DNA of 64,000 nucleotides from Clostridia bacterium (GTDB lineage: Bacteria; Bacillota; Clostridia; Oscillospirales; CAG-272): contig JAFYHA010000141.1 in NCBI GenBank assembly GCA_017539425.1, forward strand, positions 3,839-67,838, read 5' to 3'. This document shows, in pieces, positions 30,567-40,307 of this stretch (position 1 is its first letter; each line of letters opens with the position of its first letter). The notes under the pieces were generated by a model. The model worked only from the letters and a program-made list of their open reading frames with translations, did no database searches and was not told the origin of the DNA. The translations under genes were made by a program, and so were the position numbers.

Positions 30567-30575
30567 GGTTGTCCT

Positions 30576-31247
30576 ATGCGAATGAGACACAAAAAACACG
30601 GTGAGGAACGGATTGCGGCCTGCTCGGCCTACCGGATCGGGTTTGATGATCTGCTCAGGACCCGGGATCCACAGTCCTTCTTCCCCGTTCCGGGGCCTCT
30701 GCATCTGGAGATCGGCTGCGGCAAAGGACGCTTTTCCTGTGAAATGGCCAACCGGAACCCGACATCCAATTTTATTGCTATGGAACGCGTGCCCAACGTA
30801 GCCTGCAATGCACTGGAGAATGCCAGAGCCAGATATGAAGGAGTTACCGGAACTGCAGATAATCTGCGGATCCTCATCGGGAACGCCGAACATCTGGCCG
30901 AACTCTTTCCGGAGCACAGCATCGCCGTGATTTACCTGAACTTCAGCGATCCGTGGCCAAAGACAGGCTATGCCAAACGACGGCTCACGCATACGCGCTT
31001 TCTGAACATCTATAGGCAGATCCTGATACCCGGCGGCCTTCTCCGCCTCAAGACAGACAATGCCGGTCTGTTCGCATTCTCCCTTGAGGAGTTTCAACAG
31101 GCGGGGCTGGAAGTCCTTTGGAAAACCGATGATCTGCACCATGAAACGGGAGAATATGCAGAACAGAATGTACAGACCGAATATGAAAGCGCCTTTTCCT
31201 CTCAGGGCATCCCGATCCATATGGCCGTTGTCCGGTTCCAGGTGTAG
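30576..31247 (+). CDS. trmB: tRNA (guanine46-N7)-methyltransferase TrmB
   Basis: 223 aa. SAM-binding LEIGCGKGRF, and the NFSDPWPK motif. Confidence 0.9.
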   Translation: MRMRHKKHGEERIAACSAYRIGFDDLLRTRDPQSFFPVPGPLHLEIGCGKGRFSCEMANRNPTSNFIAMERVPNVACNALENARARYEGVTGTADNLRILIGNAEHLAELFPEHSIAVIYLNFSDPWPKTGYAKRRLTHTRFLNIYRQILIPGGLLRLKTDNAGLFAFSLEEFQQAGLEVLWKTDDLHHETGEYAEQNVQTEYESAFSSQGIPIHMAVVRFQV

Positions 31248-31248
31248 T

Positions 31249-32181
31249 ATGCGCGAACAAACAGATTTGTGCGGTGTGCTTCTGCTGGATAAGCCGGCCG
31301 GAGTCACCTCCCATGATATGGTCGGGTTCGTGCGCCGGATGTACGGGACCCGTCAGGTCGGTCATGCGGGCACACTAGATCCCATGGCCACCGGAGTCCT
31401 TCCCGTGATGGTGGGCCGGATGACCAAGTTGTCCTCTCTTCTGTCCGACCACGACAAACGCTACCAGGCATTTCTCACACTCGGCCTGACGACGGACACC
31501 GGAGACATCACAGGCCAGATCCTGACCCGTTCCGCCCTGATTCCGGACAGGAAGACGGTTGAAATGGCCGTCTCCTCATTTTCAGGACCGATCCTTCAGG
31601 TCCCGCCTATGGTCAGCGCAATCAAGCGCAACGGACAGAAACTGGTGGATCTGGCCCGGAAAGGGGTAGAGGTTGCCAGAGAGCCAAGAGAGGTGATCAT
31701 CCACTCCATATCCTGCCAGCCCACGGATGATCCTTCTGTATACCGGCTGGATGTGTACTGCGGAAAAGGGACCTATATCCGCACGTTGTGTGAAGATATA
31801 GGAGCAAAACTGGGTTGCGGAGGTACTATGTCCGCTCTGCGCAGAACTGCCGTGGACCGTTTTTCCATTGAGCAGTGCGTGACCAAGGATTGCGTGGAAT
31901 CCGCAGACCCTGACAGCCGGATCCGCTTCCTTCTGAGCCCGGAACAGTGTTTCCCTGACTGGCCGGCATTCTGCCCTCCACCCTTTTATGAAAGGCTTCT
32001 GAAAAACGGATGCGCCGTCCGGACAGACAAGATCGGTCTGGCTCATATCACCTATCCACACGTTCTTTTGGTGGACAGTTCCGGAATCTGCTACGCCGTA
32101 GCAGACATTCTTCCGGGAGAGGACGGCCCTGTGCTGAAGATTCATGCCCTTTTGCGGCTGGATCCGTCCGGCACATACTGA
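31249..32181 (+). CDS. truB: tRNA pseudouridine55 synthase TruB
   Basis: The track ORF is over-extended. The start is MREQTDLCGVLLLDKPAGVTSHD at 31249, 1 nt after the trmB stop. Catalytic motif GHAGTLDPMATGVL. Confidence 0.93.
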   Translation: MREQTDLCGVLLLDKPAGVTSHDMVGFVRRMYGTRQVGHAGTLDPMATGVLPVMVGRMTKLSSLLSDHDKRYQAFLTLGLTTDTGDITGQILTRSALIPDRKTVEMAVSSFSGPILQVPPMVSAIKRNGQKLVDLARKGVEVAREPREVIIHSISCQPTDDPSVYRLDVYCGKGTYIRTLCEDIGAKLGCGGTMSALRRTAVDRFSIEQCVTKDCVESADPDSRIRFLLSPEQCFPDWPAFCPPPFYERLLKNGCAVRTDKIGLAHITYPHVLLVDSSGICYAVADILPGEDGPVLKIHALLRLDPSGTY

Positions 32182-32196
32182 CCGCCTCTGACCACT

Positions 32197-32241
32197 GACA
32201 AAAAGCGAAGCGCAGTTCTGTTTTGCGCTTCGCTTTTTGTC
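32197..32241. terminator. bidirectional rho-independent terminator
   Basis: 17-18-bp perfect inverted repeat GACAAAAAGCGAAGCGC(A)...(T)GCGCTTCGCTTTTTGTC. The GC core is flanked by an A-run and a T-run. It lies between the convergent truB and tatD genes. Confidence 0.88.
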
Positions 32242-32246
32242 AAAAA

Positions 32247-33092
32247 TCAAGTTTTCAGCCTGAACAGTCTGCGGCCGTTCTCCAGTGTGAGCGCGGCCGT
32301 TTTTTCAAGCGTGGATCCCCGGATCCGGGCCATTGCGTCCAACGTGAGGATCATCATTCCGGAATGGTTGATTTCTCCGCGGTACGGAACCGGAGCCAGA
32401 TACGGGCAGTCCGTTTCAGCCAGAATCCTCTCATCTGGGATCTCGCGGACGACTTCCGCCACCCGCGCAGCGTTCTTGAATGTGATGACTCCCGAGAACG
32501 AGACAAAAAACCCTTGTTTGATCAGTTCCCTGGCGGTTTCCCGGCTTCCGCTGTAAGAATGCAGAACGCCGGTCACCCCGGGATGCGCCTTCAGGATTTC
32601 CGCGCAGTCCCCGTGAGCTTCACGGTCATGAATGATAACAGGCAGGTCAAGCTCTTCCGCCAAGGACAATTGGGCGTCAAAATAGGCCTTCTCCAGCGGC
32701 TTGTCCAACGGTTTTCCGTAGTTGGTCTGCCAGTAATAATCCAGTCCGATCTCGCCAAGAGCCACGACCTTGTCCCGGCGGGATTGGATCAGGTTCCGGA
32801 TCTGTTCCACCTCATCCTCTACCCTTCCTTCCAGGGCATGACAATCTTCGGGGTGAATTCCGGCGGCCACATACATTTGAGGAAACCGGTCTGCCATCTG
32901 CAGACATTGTCTTGACGTGTCCGCCGTCGTGCCGACATTGACCACATGCTCCAGCCCGCTTTCGAACAGTCTGTCCAGCAACGGGTATGGATCCTGTATT
33001 TTTTTGTCCCAGTAATGGGCATGCGTGTCAAACCAGCGGACGTTCACCTTGCCCAGTTCCGGCGGAAACCGGATCTCACTATCTGAATTCAT
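32247..33092 (-). CDS. TatD family metal-dependent hydrolase
   Basis: 281 aa. WFDTHAHY, GEIGLDYYW and VIIHDREAH motifs. Confidence 0.9.
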   Translation of the reverse strand: MNSDSEIRFPPELGKVNVRWFDTHAHYWDKKIQDPYPLLDRLFESGLEHVVNVGTTADTSRQCLQMADRFPQMYVAAGIHPEDCHALEGRVEDEVEQIRNLIQSRRDKVVALGEIGLDYYWQTNYGKPLDKPLEKAYFDAQLSLAEELDLPVIIHDREAHGDCAEILKAHPGVTGVLHSYSGSRETARELIKQGFFVSFSGVITFKNAARVAEVVREIPDERILAETDCPYLAPVPYRGEINHSGMMILTLDAMARIRGSTLEKTAALTLENGRRLFRLKT

Positions 33093-34038
33093 GTTTCAAT
33101 GACCTGGCAAACAGTTGTTCCAGGATATCCGGAAACCTCTTCCCTCCGAACAGGACCTCATAAACGGCCCCGCAAATGGGGAGTTCCACACCATATTTCC
33201 CGGCCAGGACCATAAGCGCCTGGACCGTATCATATCCTTCCGCGAGTTCCGAATACGGTTCGTTTTTCACGAACGCTTCCCCGAACCGGCGGTTATGGCT
33301 GTAAGGGGAGAACAGGGTGGCCTGATAATCCCCAAGATGGCAAAGCCCGTACGCGGACAGTTCGCTCCCGCCGGCAGCCTTTATCAGTCTGGCGATCTCC
33401 CGGGTGCCCCGGGACATCAGCGGGCCCTTCAGCGTAGACATTCCGCTCCCGTCAAGCATTCCCGCTCCGATACCGATCACATTCTTGGCCGCAGCCCCGA
33501 TCTCGTTTCCGATCAGGTCCTGGCCAAAATAGAACCGGATCAACGGACCTGAAAAGGCCTCGATCAGCTCCTGCTTGAGCCGGTTGTCCGCACTGTCGAT
33601 CACCATGCAGCTCGGAATGCCGGCATAGAAATCCTGCACGTGGCCCGGGCCGAGCCAGACCGCTACGCGGTTGGAAGGATCCAGTTCGTCCGCCACGATC
33701 TCGGTCAGACGTTTCCCCGTTTCCTTTTCCAATCCTTTCATGCACAGGACGATACGCCGGTTCCGTAACCCGTATGCACACATCGTCCGGCACACCTCCC
33801 GCAGTGACTGGGCTCCTACCGCCAGGACCAGAATATCCGCGTCCAGCGCAGGTCCCATTTCAGTGGTCAGGTGGATTCTTTCTCCCAGCTGCAGCAGATC
33901 GTTCCGCCTTTCGGCCAGGAACCGCTGCATATGTCTGGATTCCGCACGCCCGTAGAGGGTCACCTCATGTCCCAGGGTATCCAGGTACCAGCCGATGAGC
34001 GAGCCCCAGCGGCCGCACCCGATGATCGTGATACGCAT
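33079..34038 (-). CDS. gpsA: NAD(P)H-dependent glycerol-3-phosphate dehydrogenase
   Basis: 319 aa. MRITIIGCGRWGS Rossmann start. GAAKNVIGIGAG and GDYQATLFS are GpsA-like motifs. Confidence 0.9.
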   Translation of the reverse strand: MRITIIGCGRWGSLIGWYLDTLGHEVTLYGRAESRHMQRFLAERRNDLLQLGERIHLTTEMGPALDADILVLAVGAQSLREVCRTMCAYGLRNRRIVLCMKGLEKETGKRLTEIVADELDPSNRVAVWLGPGHVQDFYAGIPSCMVIDSADNRLKQELIEAFSGPLIRFYFGQDLIGNEIGAAAKNVIGIGAGMLDGSGMSTLKGPLMSRGTREIARLIKAAGGSELSAYGLCHLGDYQATLFSPYSHNRRFGEAFVKNEPYSELAEGYDTVQALMVLAGKYGVELPICGAVYEVLFGGKRFPDILEQLFARSLKHEFR

Positions 34039-34062
34039 CTGTTGCTCCTTTTCCGTCCGTCT

Positions 34063-36099
34063 TTACCGGACGCGTTCTCCAAGCGGTGTATCGTCAGCCA
34101 GGAACACGACGCGGACCTGTTCTTCACCGGAAGCCAGGATCATTCCGTTGGATTCGGCTCCGCACAGGACAGCCGGTTTCAGATTGGCCACGACGATGAT
34201 CTTGCGGCCAATCAGCTGCTCGGGCGCATAGAATTTGGCAATCCCGGACAGGACCTGACGCTTCTCATAACCCAGATCCAGCTGAAGCTTCAGCAGCTTC
34301 TTGGATTTTTCCATCTTCTCCGCGGCGATGATCTGTGCCGTCCGCAGTTCCACATTCATAAAATCGTCAATCCCGATCAATGCGCAGCCTTCCGGCTTTT
34401 CCGGTGCCTTGCCCGCTTCCTCTGCGGCCTTGGCCTGCTCAATGGCCGCCTGGCGCTCCGCTTCAAAGGAAGCGACCTCTTTCTCTTCATCCGCTCTCTG
34501 GAACAGGACTACGCTGTCTTCGACACAATCGCCGGGTTCAAGAACAAAGAAATCCTTTTCTTCCGTTGCAAACTCCGCATACGGAATGTAACCGTGACAC
34601 CCGGCATGATCTGTGTGAGCCTGCAGGGCTTTCTTTGCGCCCAGCATCCTGAGGATCTCCAGGGCCGAATCCGGGATGAACGGATGCAGGAGCACCGCCG
34701 TCCAGTGGATTGCTGCTGTCAGATAATACAAGACCGTACCCAGCCGTCCGCGCTTGGACTCATCCTTGGCCAGCACCCAGGGCAGCGTCTCGTCTATGTA
34801 CTTATTGGCCCGACTCAGCAGATCCATGATGTTGGCCATTGCATTCGCAATGTGATAGGAATCCATGTTTTCGCAGACTTTGCGGGTCGTTTCGAGACAG
34901 GCTGCCTTCAGCTCCTCATCCAGTGGCTCGGTATATTCCGGAGACTGGATGACTTTGCCGAAGTATTTCTTCTGCATATCCAGAGTGCGCTTGACCAGGT
35001 TGCCCAGATTGTTGACCAGATCCGTGTTGTAACGTTTGACCACGGATTCAATCGTTATGGAGCCATCTGAGGCAAAAGGCATCTCAGCCAGAGCATAGTA
35101 GCGTACTCCGTCCACTCCGAAATGTTCGGCCAGTGCATCCGCATAGACCACGTTGCCCCGGGATTTGGACATCTTGTCCGTCCCGAAATTGAACCAGGGA
35201 TGCCCGAACACCTTCTTGGGAAGAGGCAGATCCAGTGCCATCAGGAAGATCGGCCAGTAGATCGTATGGAAGCGGAGAATGTCCTTGCCGATGACGTGAA
35301 CGTCCGCGGGCCAGTATTTCTTGAAATGCTCGGACTGCTCCTCATAGGATTTGTCCGGATCATAACCCAGTGCGGTAATGTAATTGGTCAGCGCGTCCAG
35401 CCACACGTAGGTAACGTGCTTGGGATCGAACGTCACGGGAATGCCCCAGGTAAACGAAGTACGTGACACACAGAGATCCTGCAGTCCTCCTTCGACCTTC
35501 AGGAAATTGTTGAGCATTTCCTTTTTCCGGAGCTCCGGCTCAATAAAATCCGGATGGGTCTCGATATGCTCGATCAGCCGGTCGACATACTTGCTCATCC
35601 TGAACATGTATGCTTCCTCTTTGGCCCGGATGACCGGCCGTCCGCAGTCCGGACATTTGCCGTCTACGACCTGCGAATCCGTGTAGAAAGATTCGTCCGG
35701 CGTACAGTACCATCCTTCGTAGTAATCCTTGTAGATGTCGCCCTGGTCATAGAAGCGCTTGAATATCTTCTGCACGGCCTTGGCGTGCGTCTCATCCGTG
35801 GTGCGGATAAAATAGTCATGGCTGGAGTTCATCTTCGCCCACACGTCCCGGATCTCGCCGGACACCCGGTCCACATACTCCTGGGGAGTGATGCCGGCAT
35901 CGCGGGCGCAGTTTTCAATTTTCTGACCGTGCTCATCCGTACCGGTGCACAGAAACACATCATACCCGCGTGCCCTCTTATACCGGGCGACGGCATCGCT
36001 CATGATGATCTCATATGTGTTCCCGAAATGGGGTTTCCGGGACGCATACGCGATTGCGGTCGTAATGTAAAATTTTTCTTTCTTCTCAATGTTTTCCAT
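34063..36099 (-). CDS. metG: methionine--tRNA ligase (with C-terminal tRNA-binding domain)
   Basis: 678 aa. HIGH-like AYASRKPHFGNTYE, KMSKSRGN, a Zn knuckle CPDCGRP, and a C-terminal EMAP/Trbp111-like VVANLKPAVLCGAESNGMILA. Confidence 0.96.
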   Translation of the reverse strand: MENIEKKEKFYITTAIAYASRKPHFGNTYEIIMSDAVARYKRARGYDVFLCTGTDEHGQKIENCARDAGITPQEYVDRVSGEIRDVWAKMNSSHDYFIRTTDETHAKAVQKIFKRFYDQGDIYKDYYEGWYCTPDESFYTDSQVVDGKCPDCGRPVIRAKEEAYMFRMSKYVDRLIEHIETHPDFIEPELRKKEMLNNFLKVEGGLQDLCVSRTSFTWGIPVTFDPKHVTYVWLDALTNYITALGYDPDKSYEEQSEHFKKYWPADVHVIGKDILRFHTIYWPIFLMALDLPLPKKVFGHPWFNFGTDKMSKSRGNVVYADALAEHFGVDGVRYYALAEMPFASDGSITIESVVKRYNTDLVNNLGNLVKRTLDMQKKYFGKVIQSPEYTEPLDEELKAACLETTRKVCENMDSYHIANAMANIMDLLSRANKYIDETLPWVLAKDESKRGRLGTVLYYLTAAIHWTAVLLHPFIPDSALEILRMLGAKKALQAHTDHAGCHGYIPYAEFATEEKDFFVLEPGDCVEDSVVLFQRADEEKEVASFEAERQAAIEQAKAAEEAGKAPEKPEGCALIGIDDFMNVELRTAQIIAAEKMEKSKKLLKLQLDLGYEKRQVLSGIAKFYAPEQLIGRKIIVVANLKPAVLCGAESNGMILASGEEQVRVVFLADDTPLGERVR

Positions 36100-36164
36100 A
36101 TGATTCGGCTCAGATGCCCGAAATCGGGCCCAGAGCGCTTCCTCCCATCTGTTTTAGTTTTGGA

Positions 36165-37319
36165 TCATCGGGCCCAGGCCTGTCTTCCGCCTGAATAGAC
36201 GGCCTCACATACCAGCGACTCCGGTGTTCCGTCGCAGCTAAGCAGGACCACGTCCGCCCGCTTGCCCGGTTCCAGAGACCCGATGATTGATTCAAGCCCC
36301 ACTTCCTGCGCCGGCGCCAGACTGGCGCTGTACCAGGCTTCTTCAAGTGAAGCCCCCGTGAATCTCATATAGTTTCGGACGGCCAGATCCAGGGTCAGGG
36401 TGCTTCCCGCCAGTGCTCCGTCTTCGGTACGGGCTTCCCCGTCACGCATAATGACTTTTTCGCCGGCGATCCGGTATTCCCCGTCCGGGCAGCCGGTTCC
36501 CTCCATGGAATCCGTGATCAGGACCAGTTTGCTCCCTTTCAGTTCCCGGGTCAACCGAACCACCTCGGGGGCAATGTGCAGTCCGTCCACGATCAGTTCG
36601 CAAAAAACATCTTTACGTGTCAGGGCAGCCGCTACCACTCCGCCCGAGCGGTGATGGAGCGAAGGCATGGCGTTGAACAGATGCGTGACCGCTGTCACAC
36701 CGCAGTCGAACAACTTCTCCGCAGTGGCGTAATCCGCCATCGTGTGCCCCAAGGACACTGTGGCTCCGCTGTTCAGTACGGCAGTCAGGAACGTATGTTC
36801 CGGATCATCCAGTTCCAGTGCGGCGGTCATATGCTTTGCACCGCGCACCTGCTGAAGGAATCCGGTCGCCTCCCCGGCATTCAGGGCAGACAGCCGGTCC
36901 GGAGCATGTGCTCCTCGTTTTGCCGGGTTCAGATACCGCCCCTCAAAATGGATGCCTCTCCATATGGATCCTTCGCCGGCTTTGCCGATCTCTGTCACGG
37001 CCCGACCCCATTCTTCCGGAGTCCCGGAGGCCAGCGTAGGCATCACCGAGGTCACTCCGTGCGAAAGATAGAAGGTCTGCATTCGGGCCAGCCCTCCCGC
37101 ATCCGCATACACAAAGTCAGACCCTGCGCATCCGTGCGTGTGAACGTCAACAAGCCCCGGCATCACATACAGCCCGGAGGCCCTGATGACGATGTCCTCC
37201 GGAGAGGAGTCCGCGCATCCGGCCGGGAGGATCCTTCCGTTTTCGCAGATCAGATCCTGTTTCTGAAAACTCCGGTCCGCGGCACGGTAAACCCATCCGT
37301 CTTTAAAAATGGTTCTCAT
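36165..37319 (-). CDS. nagA: N-acetylglucosamine-6-phosphate deacetylase
   Basis: Start moved to MRTIFKDGWVY at 37319, 1 nt after the GNAT stop. Amidohydrolase motifs GLVDVHTHG and SLGHT. Confidence 0.9.
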   Translation of the reverse strand: MRTIFKDGWVYRAADRSFQKQDLICENGRILPAGCADSSPEDIVIRASGLYVMPGLVDVHTHGCAGSDFVYADAGGLARMQTFYLSHGVTSVMPTLASGTPEEWGRAVTEIGKAGEGSIWRGIHFEGRYLNPAKRGAHAPDRLSALNAGEATGFLQQVRGAKHMTAALELDDPEHTFLTAVLNSGATVSLGHTMADYATAEKLFDCGVTAVTHLFNAMPSLHHRSGGVVAAALTRKDVFCELIVDGLHIAPEVVRLTRELKGSKLVLITDSMEGTGCPDGEYRIAGEKVIMRDGEARTEDGALAGSTLTLDLAVRNYMRFTGASLEEAWYSASLAPAQEVGLESIIGSLEPGKRADVVLLSCDGTPESLVCEAVYSGGRQAWAR

Positions 37320-37320
37320 C

Positions 37321-37800
37321 TCAATCCCGCTTTTCCGGCCTCCACTCCATAATGGTCCTCTGGGGTCTAAGCCCGGCATTCTCATAAAAGGACTTTGCCG
37401 GTGCGTTGAAGTCCCAGACATTCAAGGTGATACTGTCAAAGCTCTGCTCAAGCGCGTAGGCCTTGACATAGTCCAGCATTTCGCTTCCGATATGCTTTCC
37501 TCTCATCGTTTCCAGCACGCATACGTCCTCCAGGAACAGCGTCCGGTAAGGCAGAGTGTTCACCGTCTCCGGGACATCTTTCGGAGTGGCAAAACAATGG
37601 GCCACCACACGTTCCGCTTCATCGGTATACACAAAAATGTATGTGCTCCTGTCCCGGATCATGCCTGCCAGCTCTTCCCGGGTAAATTTGGTGCCTGCCC
37701 CTTTGAACAGGTCCGGTCTGCCCTTATGATGCACGGCCAGGATCTGTTCAAGCAGGACCAGGATCCCGTCAATATCTTTTTCGGTTGCCAGTCTAATCAT
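37321..37800 (-). CDS. GNAT family N-acetyltransferase
   Basis: Start MIRLATEKDIDGIL at 37800 (GGAGG 5 nt upstream). Acetyl-CoA-binding region RGKHIGSEMLDYVKAYA. Confidence 0.85.
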   Translation of the reverse strand: MIRLATEKDIDGILVLLEQILAVHHKGRPDLFKGAGTKFTREELAGMIRDRSTYIFVYTDEAERVVAHCFATPKDVPETVNTLPYRTLFLEDVCVLETMRGKHIGSEMLDYVKAYALEQSFDSITLNVWDFNAPAKSFYENAGLRPQRTIMEWRPEKRD

Positions 37801-37901
37801 TTGAGCCTCCAATCCCAAAAAAGGCAAAAAGCCGATCCGTCCGCTTAGATTAGCGGGCGATACCGGCCTGGAATCATAATGCAGATACCTGCACAAAACG
37901 A

Positions 37902-38269
37902 TGGACTCGAGGGGAGTCGAACCCCTGTCCGAAAAGCCTCTGATACAACTTTCTCCGTGGGCAGCTTGCTGTTTGGATTTCCCCGGGGTTTCGCGAAAAC
38001 AAGCATCCTCGAATCCGGGTAGCCACTTAAGTCATGACCCGCTCAATGGCAAAGACGGGTTCACGTTCATCGCTTTCCTGACGTTCGGGCTCTGAGCAGC
38101 GATGGGCATCAGAGGGAACGGGCGGGAACGCATTCCCGCGGCCTGCCGTTAGGCAGCAACAGCAACTTTGTCGTTGTCGTTTATTTTTGAAGGTTGAGCA
38201 GTTTACAGGATTACTCGGCCTGCCACGCTTATCATATCTCGGACCCCCCGTCGAAACCATTACGAGCCC
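37902..38269 (-). ncRNA. ssrA: transfer-messenger RNA (tmRNA)
   Basis: Minus strand begins GGGCUCGUAAUGGUUUCGACGGGGG and ends GGGGUUCGACUCCCCUCGAGUCCA. The acceptor stem GGGCUCG/CGAGUCC carries the G3:U wobble (alanine identity) and a T-arm. The internal tag frame ends AAC GAC AAC GAC AAA GUU GCU GUU GCU GCC UAA (NDNDKVAVAA-stop). CCA is not encoded. Confidence 0.9.
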
Positions 38270-38320
38270 GTAAATGATGATTCCAGCCTATTATACACTT
38301 ATTTAAACAATTGTCAAGTC

Positions 38321-38908
38321 CTATTCCGCCGTTTCCTTCGAAAGGCGTTCCAGTTCCTCGGGACCGGCCAGCCACTGCACAGCCCGGATAAAAGCCTTGA
38401 CCGTCATGCCGGTCGGCAATCCGAGCGCCCGGGCCACCCGATCGCGTTTGTGCGCGCTTTCCGTGCCTCCGGTCAATCCCATTTCCATCAGTTGCCGGGG
38501 TTCGGCAGTCCTATGTACCTGTGTCCCCTCCTGACCGGAATAGGGTGCCAGGATCGAACGAAGCAGTTCTGCGGAAATTCCCTCCACACCGAGGAATCCC
38601 TCTGCAGAGGGCTTGTCTTTCCGTTTCTCTTTTCCTTCGATCTGCGGAACATACACATGGATCAGTCTTTCCGGGGGTATCATACCCGCGATATGTCCGC
38701 GAATCACCGCTCCGGCTTTGTCGCTGTCCGTCAGGACCAGGATTGGGGTCTGTTCAGCCATTTTCCGGAGAAGAACCGCCTTTTCCGAATCCTTGAAGAT
38801 CCGGAAGCCATCCGTAGTCAGCACCGCCGTCTCCACGACCGAGTCCAGACGGATCCGGTCATACTTTCCTTCTACGATAATCGGATAGAGCAACCTGAGT
38901 TTCTCCAT
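38321..38908 (-). CDS. Toprim-domain protein of the ribonuclease M5 family (Toprim + DUF4093-like C-terminal region)
   Basis: Start MEKLRLLYPIIVEGKYDRIRL at 38908 (GGGAGG 6 nt upstream). Toprim acidic motifs IVEGKYD and LTDSDKAG. Product is 195 aa. Confidence 0.7.
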   Translation of the reverse strand: MEKLRLLYPIIVEGKYDRIRLDSVVETAVLTTDGFRIFKDSEKAVLLRKMAEQTPILVLTDSDKAGAVIRGHIAGMIPPERLIHVYVPQIEGKEKRKDKPSAEGFLGVEGISAELLRSILAPYSGQEGTQVHRTAEPRQLMEMGLTGGTESAHKRDRVARALGLPTGMTVKAFIRAVQWLAGPEELERLSKETAE

Positions 38909-38930
38909 GGATTGCCTCCCGTTCTGGGCA

Positions 38931-40289
38931 TTACCCGCATTCTTTCGGAACATCCGGTGCCCGGACCTGAAGCCCGGCTCCGGATCCGGCTCGCATGATA
39001 TCGCCTTCCCGAATCTCAAAGGGTATACGGCACCAGAAGATCATATCCGGGTGAGGAGCAGAATCGATTCTTTCTCCTTCCGCATTGTACAATTCGCCGA
39101 GCGTGACCGGGCATCCGACTCGGGACGGACTTAAGATCTCCACGGATTCAAACGCGCAGACCTTGTTTTTCTGATGAAACCGGACCAGCTTCCCTTCCGG
39201 GGCTTCAAGGGGAATTCCCTGCCCGTTCAGTCGCTCCAGCTCTTCCCGGACCGCTTCCGGATCTCCGGGTTCTGCGATCGCATAGTAGGCCTTTTCCCGG
39301 ATATATCCGCATACGTCCACGACCTGCGGATCCTTCATGGGACTGACCTCATAGAACCCGGTTCCATAGGTCCGGTGAGACACGCTGTCCAGTTCCTCCA
39401 GCCACTCCGGCCTGAGCTGGTAATGATCCGGATCCGCCAGATACGAGTCCATCGCCATACGGTATGTGTTGGTCACGACCGCTGCGTAGTATGCGCTCTT
39501 CATCCGTCCCTCGATCTTGAAGGACCGGATACCGGAATGCAGCAGCTCGGGAATCAGGCTGATCGTGCACATATCCTTGGAGGACATGATAAATGTTCCC
39601 TGGGACGTCTGCTCGATCGGAATCGGCATATTCGGCCGCTTTTCCTCGTACAGGACGTAACCCCAGCGACAGGGTTGCGAGCAGGTCCCGCGGTTTCCGT
39701 CGCGTCCGTTCATCTCGTTGGCCAGCAGACACCTCCCGGAATAGGACACGCACATAGAGCCGTGGATAAAGGCTTCCAGTTCGACATCGTCCGGAACAGC
39801 GGCTCGGATGGCCCGGATCTCCGGAAACGTCAGTTCCCGGGCCAGAACGAGTCTCTTGATTCCCAGGTCCGCATAGGCACGGGCGGCAGCCGGGCTCATG
39901 ATACTGGCCTGGGTGGAGATGTGGATCTCCAGACCCGGGATCCTCTCCCTTACGGTCGCGATCACTCCAAGATCCGTACAGATCGCCGCATCCAGTCCTG
40001 AATTCCGGATATCCTCCAGAAAGGCATAGAGGGCGGGATATTCGTCGGTCCTGGGAATCGTGTTCAGCGTCAGATACACTTTTTTGCCGCGCGCGTGGGC
40101 ATATTCTACCGCCTTGTATATCTCCTCGACCGTAAAGTTATCCGCAGCCGATCTCATTCCAAACTGCTTTCCGGCCAGATACACCGCATCGGCTCCGAAC
40201 CGGATCGCCGCTTTCATTTTTTCAAAATTTCCGGCGGGTGCCAGCAATTCAAAATCGCTTTTATTCAATTGGGGGCACCTCGCTTTCAT
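38931..40289 (-). CDS. peptidase U32 family protein
   Basis: 452 aa. N-terminal ELLAPAGNFEKMKAAIRFGADAVYLAG and the Cys-rich U32 core EAFIHGSMCVSYSGRCLL...CSQPCRW. Confidence 0.9.
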   Translation of the reverse strand: MKARCPQLNKSDFELLAPAGNFEKMKAAIRFGADAVYLAGKQFGMRSAADNFTVEEIYKAVEYAHARGKKVYLTLNTIPRTDEYPALYAFLEDIRNSGLDAAICTDLGVIATVRERIPGLEIHISTQASIMSPAAARAYADLGIKRLVLARELTFPEIRAIRAAVPDDVELEAFIHGSMCVSYSGRCLLANEMNGRDGNRGTCSQPCRWGYVLYEEKRPNMPIPIEQTSQGTFIMSSKDMCTISLIPELLHSGIRSFKIEGRMKSAYYAAVVTNTYRMAMDSYLADPDHYQLRPEWLEELDSVSHRTYGTGFYEVSPMKDPQVVDVCGYIREKAYYAIAEPGDPEAVREELERLNGQGIPLEAPEGKLVRFHQKNKVCAFESVEILSPSRVGCPVTLGELYNAEGERIDSAPHPDMIFWCRIPFEIREGDIMRAGSGAGLQVRAPDVPKECG

Positions 40290-40307
40290 TTGGATACATG
40301 AAGGGGA

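Noticed and set aside
38027-38260. 77-aa minus-strand ORF
   Set aside because: It lies entirely within the tmRNA gene in a different frame from the tag.
37321-38320. Possible genomic island integrated at the tmRNA 3' end
   Set aside because: There is no integrase, no direct repeat of the ssrA 3' end, and the adjacent genes (GNAT, nagA, metG) are ordinary housekeeping genes.
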